From Vitrella brassicaformis CCMP3155 (taxonomy: Eukaryota > Protista > Chromerida), in contig CDMY01000447.1 of the NCBI GenBank assembly GCA_001179505.1, positions 186,001 through 250,000 on the forward strand: a stretch of 64,000 nt of DNA, given 5' to 3'. Position 1 is the first letter of the stretch. The number at the start of each line of letters is the position of its first letter. Of this stretch, positions 27,372 through 36,559 are shown piece after piece. The position numbers and the translations under genes are program-made. The notes below the pieces were generated by a model, which saw only the letters and a list, made by a program, of their open reading frames with translations, made no database searches and was not told the origin of the DNA.

Positions 27372-29911
27372 ATGCAGGCGTTGAGCGCAGCAGCACGGCA
27401 CTGCCGCTCTCTGCCCCGGCCTCTCCCGCCCCTCCTGCCGTTTGTCCGGCGCCAGTCATCACCGGCGGCAGCTGCCCAATCTGACTTTGACTTTCATCGG
27501 TTCGCCTTTGCTGCGCCCGCATTCGAAGATCTGGCCACCGGCAACCTCTCCGGCTCCCTCAGCAAGGTTAACAATGATTTCCCTGTGTATGAGGCGGGAG
27601 GGGAGAGCGAGGGCCTCTGGCGACGGTATGCGGCTGAGCTGCGGAGGCGGGGCGTGACCAACATCGATGACTACGAGAGGATGGCCGAGGTCTTCGCCAG
27701 AAAGAGATTCCATCAGGTATGGAGTTCGCTGGCCGAATGTCAGTGCAGATGGGTGTCTGTCTGTCTGTCGCTGCGTGGGCCTTGTTTGTTTGTCAGGCGA
27801 CCTTTTGGGATAAGGTGACAGAGTCGTCTCGTCCCCTCTTTGAGGCGGAGCGCACCCACCTCGACCAGCTGCTCAACATCGGTAGACACACACACACACC
27901 AACGTCGTATGCAGGATCGGATCCTGCAAACGTTTGTGTGGATCCTTCGTCTGTGCGGATCGGATCGGTCAGGCGACCCGACTCGTACGCCAAGATCAGC
28001 TGTCGTTCAGACAGCCTGATCCAGCTGCTCATCCGCAGGGGCCGGCAGGACTTCCACGGCCTCCCTACCGACACCGTCACGCGCCTCGTCACCATACTCG
28101 CATCACTCGGCCGCAAACACATTCAGGTGAGATACATGTAGATAGTTAACAGAGGTGAGCACAGATCACATGGCGGGGCGGACAGTCACCCTTTGTGTGT
28201 CTGGTTTGTTGACGCGTCGATCAGTTGATAAATGACGTGGCCGAGTTGGTGATAGAGGAGGCGGTGGCCTTCTCCCCCCGCAGCCTGATCGACCTCCTGC
28301 ACAGCTATGCGGCGCTCGAGTCGCGGGACGACGAGATGCTGCGGCACGCTGCCCGCCGGCTGCACCCCCTGCTGTATGTGGGCAAGCTCACGCCCTTCGA
28401 GAAGACCAAACTCGCACGCACCTACGCGCTGCTCAAGTTCAGCCACTCCACCTTCTTCCGCACCGTGGCTGAGGAAATTCTGGGCGAATACGAACGGCTC
28501 CAGGCCAAGATAGGTACGGATGCAGGCACAGGACGACACACAAAGACTTGATATTTTCATGTGCATGTGTGGCGCTCGCCTCGCCGTGTGCAGGCCTGGG
28601 TCAGGTGGAGCAGCAGGACCTTGCCGTGACGGCCGCCCCGACAGACGCACTCTTCTCCCGCTACTCCCTCCCCAGCTACGAGTACGGCTGTGGGCTGCCG
28701 TCCCTCTATGGCCTGCCCCTGGGCAGCCGCATCCGGAAAAAGGCCGGCAAGGGCGGCGAGGAGGGGCTGGAGGGGTGGCAAGTGGAGATGAACGAGGGGC
28801 GTGAGAAGGAGGTGAATGCGGGGCTGGCTGAGGAGAGGCGGGACCTGCCAGAGGCTGTGGAGGGGCGGGTGGTGGAGTATGACCTCGGGCAGATCGCCAT
28901 CGTCATGGACGCAATTCTCCTGGTCAGTGCATGCCATACAGACGTTTTCTCACGGTGAACCCGTCTCTCGTCACGTGTGGGTCCGTGTGCAGCTTCGGTT
29001 TCACGAGTGGGCTGACTACTACCGTGAACTGCGGACGGTGCTGGCCAAGCGGCTGCATGAGCCACAGGCAGTGGAGCAGCTCGACCCCCTGCAGCTCGCC
29101 GCTGCCATGAACTTCCTCTCCACCAATCGGCTCGTCGCTGAGAACGAGGACCTCGTCACGGCCATGACCAGACGGTCAGCCAGCAACCACTTCCGCCCCA
29201 CACAACCATGCAGCCATTTCCCCCCGTTGTGTGTATTCTCCCTCTTTCGTGTGCAGCATGTTTCGCCTGTTCCACGCCGACCTGGCCAAGCCGTTCCACC
29301 TGGTGTTTTACCACAAGGGTCTGGTGAGTTGGCGGCAGACCCCCGCCCGCGCCAAAAATGCCCGTGGCCGCACTCTGCGGTTCTTCGTGTTGCGCAAGCT
29401 GCCGTGGCTGGAGGCCAAGGAAGAGGGAGAGCGCTTCAGTGTGCTCGAGAGGCTGGGGGAACACATCTGCCAACGCGTCCACTAGTAAGGATTGCTGGCA
29501 CGGCACATCACGCCCCGTCCACAGAGAATGTATACAACGTAACGTGGTGGTGTGGTGTTGGTGCGCATGGTCATAGTTTCACGTTGGGCGAGTTGTCGTC
29601 TGTGTTGCGGTCGCTGGCCTACCTCGACTTTGGCGACGCTGACTTCTATCGTGTCTTTGTGCCCTTCATCAAGGTACACTGTGACGCCTGTCGGATGTGA
29701 CGTCGCGTGTGTGAGTGCGTGTGTATATGGGTCTGTGTAGGAGCGTGTGGGCGACTTGGCGTGTGTGGATGTGTCCAACGTCATGCAGGCCTTCAATCGG
29801 CAGCGGCTGGAGGACAGGCATCTGTTCTATCTCCTGGGCAAGCAGTGGCAGGCCAAAGAGGCAGACTTCGTGAGCGTCAAATGGCGCGGCAAGGTCATTC
29901 AGGGACAGTAG
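27372..29911 (+). CDS. Mitochondrion-targeted helical-repeat protein (HPR/OPR/RAP-like, probably RNA-binding)
   Basis: Amphipathic R-rich leader MQALSAAARHCRSLPR. Degenerate helical repeats (FSPRSLIDLLHSYAAL; LTPFEKTKLARTYALL; FTLGELSSVLRSLAYL; LACVDVSNVMQAFNR). Confidence 0.65.
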
Positions 29912-30405
29912 ATACGGACAGACAGACGGCGGGGAGGCGTGTGTGGTGAGACTTTTGTGCCCATTACGCATGATTGTAACCGAACAACTTTATCGATTGT
30001 AACGGGACAACAGAGACACAGAGACGTCTGAATATAGAATGCAGGCAACGATGTTGCAGCTGCTGCAAATGCACACACTCTGGCACCCACTCTCTTGTAC
30101 CGCTGCGCTGCACACTTCATCCCCTTCCTCCTCCCTTCGACACCCGGACCTCACATAGACAGTCAGTCATCCAGTCAGTATACACCCTGCACACCTGACC
30201 GCAGCGAAGCGCCGTCCACCACTAGCAACTTACGAGTAGCAGAGTCGGCACCAGAACAAATGCACACATCATGAACAGAGAGACAGAGAGACACAGACAG
30301 AGACACAGACAGAGACACAATACATCCATCTCCTTGTGCCAACCAACCATTCGAATATAAAATGCAGGCAACGATCGACGTTACATGTGGTGTACACACA
30401 CACTT

Positions 30406-30517
30406 TCTGTTGCGTCTGCCCGTCCTTCACCGTTGGGTTGAGGTCCACCGTCTCTTTTTGAGGGTGTGCTGGTATGAGCCCAGCTTCCCGGGCTTCCGGG
30501 CTTCCAGGGGTGCACGC
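30406..30517. repeat. Diverged ~110-bp direct duplicate of about 31379-31485
   Basis: Both copies share CTGTTGCGTCTGCCC, TGGGTTGAGGTCCACCGTCT and TGAGGGTGTGCTGGT. Confidence 0.85.
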
Positions 30518-30523
30518 TTACTG

Positions 30524-31200
30524 TCAATCCAGTCCATCCAAAGCCATCAGCGGGCAAAGAGCCCAGCAGGCCAATCGGTGAGTGCCCTGCTTACTGTCAA
30601 TCCAGTCCATTTGGTGGGCCGTAACTCCCTCGACGCGTTCGCCGTTGGGCGTCGTGTACGGCAGCGGGATGTGGTAGACGGCCTGGCACTTGATGATGGT
30701 CGACGGCGGCAGGGGCCCCTCATTGGGCCGCTCGTAGCGCTTCCGGCATTCGTCCATCCCAGCCGTCAACCTGGTTGACATTCAGATCGGTGGGTGCGGT
30801 GACACACAGGCAGTGCAGTGCGTGTGGCATCCATCTCTCTCTGTCTGTGGGGGTGGGTGCGTACCAGTTGTGCATTGGCGTCCCGTTCGTCGTGCGACAG
30901 CAGCTTGACAGCCCACAGCCGGCCCTCAGAGTCCCTCATCGGCACCACCGTCCCGAAGCGGCCATGACGCAGCGGCACCGAGTACTCGACAGAGAAACCT
31001 GACTGCATCAGCCAGCCCTGGTGTCCATCAGAGAGAGACAATTAAGGCCCGTTGATTGATTGATTGATTGCCTTCCGTCCGTCGTCTGTGCGTGGGTATG
31101 TATGTACCATTGCCAGGGCAGTGTGCTTGGTTTGGTCGTCCAGCTGCTCGTACAACTCCCTTTGGCGCTGCTCCCAGGCATCGTCCCTAACACCCACTGC
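30524..31200 (-). pseudogene. Truncated protein-kinase N-lobe fragment
   Basis: HGRFGTVVPMRDSEGRLWAVKLL resembles subdomains I-II. The next exon ends in locally duplicated sequence and no HRD/DFG was found. Confidence 0.45.
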
Positions 31201-31892
31201 AGGCAGGCCACACAAGCCAAGACAACCCACACGAGGCAATGAGGGAAACGAAGAATGAGTTGGGCTAGGCCCCTTTCTCTTTGCTCAGTCTGCCGTTCGC
31301 TCGCCATAATATTGATCAGAAACGCAGAAACGTCACGACAAACAATTACCGGAGCCGGTGCAGGTAGTGGATGGTGCACTGTTGCGTCTGCCCACCGTCC
31401 ACCCGTGGGTTGAGGTCCACCGTCTTCGTGAGGGTGTGCTGGTCTTGGCCCAACAACCGGGGCTGCCGGGGGTGCATGGAAGGGGTGCTGCCGACGCTGA
31501 TGGTCTCGCCAGAGGTGCTCCTGACCTCTACGTTGAAACAAAACGCCCTGTATGGACACCACCAAAGATGGAGACAAGGCATGTGTATGTGGGCTGCATC
31601 TGGGTGCGCATCTTTCTTGTCTGTCTCGTTTCGACCACTCACTCGCTGCACGCAAAGATCATGATGAACTCCTTGCGGTCGCTAAACACGGCCTCGCCCT
31701 CCTCGCTGCTCTGCAGCCAGCAAGTCAAGCAGTGGATGGGATGACGCGTTGATGTGTTGTTTTTAGGTGGGTCGGGTCTATCTTCTTGGCTCCACTGCTT
31801 GCGGTATTTGTAGATAGTGGGCTTGCCGTCGTCGGACAATATCGCGCCGAATGTCTCGTCGTCGGTGTTGTCCAGGACGATGTTGTTGACGG

Positions 31893-33110
31893 CTATCTGG
31901 AACTCGCCGCACGTCCCGGCCAACCCTCCATCTGCGCTCTTGTGGCTTTTGTGCCGCAAAGTGTGGGGACATCAAGGAAATTTGCGCGGCACCGACGCCA
32001 CTCGTCATATACCCGCATGGCTGCCAGGTGGTCACTACGTAGGTCGGGACCTGCGTTTAGAGGAAGAAAACGATGCATCTAGAGAACACACATGCAGGCG
32101 TGATGCGTTGTCTCTACCACAAAGATTGGCTCGCGCAGCATCGCCTCTGCCTCTCTGTCGAGTGGCGCTTTGAAAAGACTCTCGACTGACAGCGCCGCGG
32201 CGATGGTGAGGGCCTGTCATGATATACATTCATTTGTACCGTAGCTCGTTGACAATGGATCTTATCCCTTCGCTGACCTGATTGGGGATGCCCAGCACAG
32301 CCAATCAGAAGCAGCTTCCCGCTGGTCAAGTCGATAGGCAGCCTGATAGGTGAGCACCAAGGGCTGCTGAAGGGCTGTGTACATGCAAGATATGCGTGCT
32401 GCATATTGTTGTGTCTCTGCGTCTCCTGCTGACCTGAATGGCCGAAATCTCCGTGAGATAGCGGAGCGATGCGCCGATGCGGTGTGGGTGAGGTGGATCG
32501 ATCATATCGTTGAAGAATGAATAGGGCTCGCCACTAAGCTCATTCTTGTTCATTTCAGCGTATGTAAAGGCAGACCTGTCAGTGACTGCGAGGATGTGTA
32601 AGGCAACCTCATCGAGTGACTCCCTTTCAATGGCCGGCACACTCGGATAGTAGATAGCCGCCAGCACGTACCTGGAGCGACCCGCCCTTTTCGTCCCTTT
32701 CTTTGACTGATCCGAAATTGGAAACAACCGATTTGCATGTGTGCGTCTCTGCTTCCGCTCACTTCCGCTCGCGATATAGTCATTGTCGTTAGTTCCTGGA
32801 CCGCTCTTCGGGGTCCTCGTTGTGCTTGGCGTCGTGTCGCTTACAAATGTGTACCAGCCGCTTGACTTGAGTCTCCAGCTTCCTGCACAACAGCTCGGTT
32901 GTGTACTATTTGTATCCTTACCCGGGTGTTGTTGTCGGAGAACATTGTTTTGTGCATCATCGTATCGACTACATGCCTGACAACAACCCTTATGACTCAT
33001 CCCTCTTTCTGTATTCATCTTCATGTTCTGTCGTTCATCCAATCGTTCTCACCGAACGTCGTCAATCGTAATCGAGTTGAGTGATGTTCGTGCTGAGTAC
33101 GATCTTCCTC
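31893..33110 (-). pseudogene. Decayed DEAH-box RNA helicase C-terminal half (motifs V-VI, HA2, OB-associated region)
   Basis: RKIVLSTNI-(frameshift)-NSITIDDVR; KRAGRS; ESLDEVALHIL...IDPPHPHRIGASLRYLTEISAI; LPIDLTSGKLLLIG; SDHLAAMRVYDEW...NFL. There is a frameshift in motif V and motifs I-III are missing. Confidence 0.75.
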
Positions 33111-33751
33111 GCACCTGAATCAAGGAACAATATACGTTATACATCTGCCTCTCTCTCTCTCTCGTGTACCCTCTGGCTGTATACTGCAATGCGCCATCTG
33201 ATATCTTGCGGCCTTCGCCTCTGCTGGCGATGACGCCAGCAGGGGGATGGACGGGGCGTTCTTCGAATTCCCTGGCTCCTCCAGCTCACCAAGGGAGCGG
33301 GAGCTCTCCTCGGCTGCCTTGTCTGCCTCGCTCGTCCACCCGCCCTCCTCTTGTCTGTCGCCTGCGTCCGTTGCCGCCTCAGCGTCGTCCGCCACCAGGT
33401 GGGTGGGGGGAGGGAGCGGGATGCAGCACTGGGTGGCTGCTTGGGTGAATGTGGCGGCCGACTTTCTCGGTGGCGTGGGCGACGAGCGATACAGAGGCAG
33501 CCCGAGGCGGGTCGGTGCTGGCGATACAATAATTACGCAATAATAAATTAGGCTTTGTGAGAGGTCCGTCTCGCAGTCTCGCCAAATCTCGAGGCGCATG
33601 GAAAGGCGAAGGCCATCAAGAGAAGACCGGCACGGTGGAAAGTGATGGTGCCTCCTGATGCGGCCCTTGTCTACAAAACCGTGCACGTGGAAAACCGTGC
33701 ACGCACGTGGAGAGGCGAATTCTGATCAATTGATTCTGATCTGGGCGACTG

Positions 33752-34340
33752 CAGTAAGTATCGCTTAAAGCAATCACCGTATAAACCAATCATTTCCATA
33801 AAGCAATCACCCCGTCACGGGGGGGAAACTGTCATTAACCGTAACACTCGTCTGTGTGTCCGTGATACTCATACAAATACAGTCCCATCAGCACGCAGAG
33901 TCAAACAGGCTCAAGGGGAGGAGGGATCAATCCCCGCCCCATCAGCACACCCCAGTCCCGCAAACCCTCCCCTCCCTCCCCCACGCAGACAGAAGCTAGT
34001 CGCACGCGCGAGGGCGATAGACAAGCGAGAGCGAATCCATCCAGACACATGACTGAACCCCCGACCCTTCCACCCCTCCTTCTCCAACAGCGCATGAGCC
34101 ATGTGGGCGATGAACACGTTGGCATCGTGTCCCAACACACCGTCACACGTCACCACCAGAGGGCAGAAGGTCACGCGGGAGTCGCAGACGGCCGAGCGGT
34201 ATTTCTTCTTCTTGGCGGTCTCGTGCTGCTTCAGGATGGACTTGGTCGATCGGTTCTTGGAAGCGTAAGACGTTGCGTCAGGATCCGTAATACAGATGTC
34301 AAATCACCCCGTCACTGATTGCTTTATGCGATACTTACTG
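33752..34340. mobile_element. MITE-like TIR element (92 bp once the insert is removed), Tc1/mariner-style CAGT termini
   Basis: 25-bp TIRs at 33752-33776 (CAGTAAGTATCGCTTAAAGCAATCA) and 34316-34340 match at 24/25. TAAAGCAATCACC is repeated internally. Flanks are TG (left) and TA (right). Confidence 0.8.
33819..34301 (-). mobile_element. 5'-truncated non-LTR retrotransposon (RLE-endonuclease, CRE-like), 483 bp, with 14-bp TSD
   Basis: Encodes FDICITDPDATSY...KKKKY...FCPLVVTCDGVLGHDA...WIRSRLSIALARATSFCLRG, stop at 33911. Identical AATCACCCCGTCAC at 33805-33818 and 34302-34315. Confidence 0.88.
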
Positions 34341-34528
34341 TATACCGATTTAATGGCGTGTAGCGGTGGCTTTCCTCTGTTTGTGGATTGGATTGGATCA
34401 TGATGGATGGATGGATACGGACATCCTATCTATCCTCACAGCTAGACGCACACGCATTCATTCAATATGAACCAACCAACCGTCTGGTCAATCAAAGCTA
34501 TCGACTCGTGTACTGGTGGCGATGCCAA

Positions 34529-34745
34529 TCGTAGGGTTTGAGGTCCAGGGTTTGATCTGCGCGCCGAGGAGGGAGAATCAACAAAGTGCAGTGGTAAGAT
34601 GACGGATAAGGCATTGCTGCCACAGATCCCACATTGAAATGGCCCTTTTGCGTCGATGCAGGTGGAGAAGACTCATCACGATGGCCCCTGACTGTCGGAC
34701 GTCGCCGCAGATCACGGACACACCAGCAGCATCGTCCCTTCCCCT
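34529..34745. repeat. Repeat copy B: inverted duplicate of 27102-27335, upstream of the aquaporin
   Basis: See copy A. Retains ATG at 34681, giving a 27-codon uORF MAPDCRTSPQITDTPAASSLPLARHAA* (34681-34764). Confidence 0.95.
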
Positions 34746-34879
34746 TGCGCGTCACGCAGCTTGATGGATTGAAACGAGCACTCGAGAAGAAAAAACAAAA
34801 CAGCGAGGAGGAAAGGTACGCGGAGCGGAAAGGCACACAGACAAAAACGATTCACCATCCCCATCTGAAGGATGTCGTC

Positions 34880-36195
34880 ATGGCAGCAGATCCGCCCGCT
34901 GCTTCTGAATTGAAGATGGCGTCATCTGATTTCACATCTCGTGCCAGTTCGCTGGCAGGCGAAGCACTCGGCGTGGCCTTGCTGCTCTCCATTGGTGAGG
35001 GATTCGGCGCCATAGCGACGCTGCTGCCCGGCAACTACGCGATCTGGCAGGTGGGTGCGTGTGTGTGGGCGTGGAATGGATGGAGTGCACCGAGGCACTT
35101 GTATCGTCGGGTGTGCCATTGCAGGTGGCCATTGCGTGGGGCGTGGGGCTGGTGTTAGCCATCCATGTGGCCAGCAAACTCAGCAACGCCCACCTCAACC
35201 CCGCCGTCAGCATCGCTCTGCACCTGGATGGCTCCAACAAGATGACAGTATGCACACGTCAGACAGGCAGGCAGGCATCGTCTCTGTGGTCTGCCATGGT
35301 ACATGTATATGATTGTCGCTTGTTGGTGCAGGCGACGGATATGGCGCTATACCTGTGCGGCCAGTTCATCGGCGCTTTTGCCGCTGCAGCGCTCGTCTAC
35401 GGCTGCTTCAGAAGCCACATCGAGTCACTGCAACGCGACGGCACCACTTTGTCAATGCTCACGGGGGCCTCCATCTTTGCCTGCTACTTCCCGCCACCAG
35501 GCAACACGTGAGCACGTCTGCTCTCCCTTGGACAGACAATCCATTCATCCAGCCAGCGACAGGGGTGTGTGGCCTGGCCTTTTGTGTGTGTGTGTGTGTG
35601 TGTGCTTAAGGTATGTTGACCCCTACGAAGCGGTGACACCCCAGCGAGCCTTTTTTCTGGAGTTCCTCGCTACTGCATCTCTTCTGGTCGTCATCAAAGC
35701 CATGGCTCATGAACCAGCCAACGATCCACAGCGAGAACAATTGGGGCTGCTGAGTAGACCTGCTCCCAAGCCCAGCGTGTGGCTTCCGTCGTCTGTGCTG
35801 GGGGTGACGCTAGCCATCTTGATAGTGTTGATAGCGCCGATGACGCAGTGCTGCTTGAACCCCTGCAGAGACCTCGCACCACGAGTGCTGCTGTGGCTAT
35901 GTGGTGAGTGAGGAGGGCACTGTGGGTGGGGGGTGCCTGCTTCAGATAGCTAGCTGGTGGCGTGACAATCTGTGTCCTCTTGTCTGCCTTTATCCATGCA
36001 GGCTATGGCCAAATAGCGTTCCCGGGTCCCCGCAAGATAGAATTGTGGCTCTACATGGTGGCGCCGACCGCAGGCGCCATTGCAGGAGCGTTTGGGTACA
36101 ATTTGGTGGTCCGGCTGAAGGAGCAGCAGAGACTCAAGAGCAAAGAGGAGAGCGAGCCGGGCTCGCCCAGAGTCGCGAGGGCCTCCGCCCTTTAG
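34880..36195 (+). CDS. Aquaglyceroporin (MIP family, GlpF-like)
   Basis: Six TM segments. First motif AHLNPAVS; second motif LNPCRDLAPR with the GlpF-type Asp after Arg. GASIFACYF and LWLYMVAPTAGAIAG also present. Confidence 0.93.
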
Positions 36196-36559
36196 TTGCG
36201 TCTCAGTGAGTTGGTCTGGAAGCGAAGTGCGCAGGAAGGTGCGGCGCGTGGCTTGGGTGTGCTTTATGAGGGCCTTGTGTGTGAGACTGTATGTGTGTTG
36301 GGATGCCTGGGGCCTTGGGACTTTCTGGAAGCATTGGCTTGTGGCGTGCAGACGAGAGTGTGGTGTCTCTGATAGATATCGATTTGTTGTGTGGCGGGGC
36401 CGGCTGTTCGTTCGTTCAGTGTGGCTGGCTGTTTGTTTGTTTGTTTGTCGACAGGGACATTATGACATTTGTGGATCACATCGTGTGGTGTCGTGTTGAT
36501 AGATCATATAACGCTCATGTCACTCATTGACCACTTCTATCCAAGTCGGCCCTCACTAC

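Noticed and set aside
31500-31545. FNVEVRSTSGETISV as a ubiquitin-like N-terminus
   Set aside because: The match is too short and the rest of the fold and the diglycine end are not recognisable.
30100-33750. Helitron or Pack-MULE boundaries around the mosaic block
   Set aside because: No convincing 5' TC / 3' hairpin-CTRR or long TIR pair enclosing the block was found by eye.
34660-34695. GAGAAGA...ATGGCCCCTG resembles part of U6 snRNA
   Set aside because: There is no ACAGAG box, 5' stem-loop or U-tail. The other copy reads ATGGCGCCTG, and the segment is explained as the duplicated EMC10 start.
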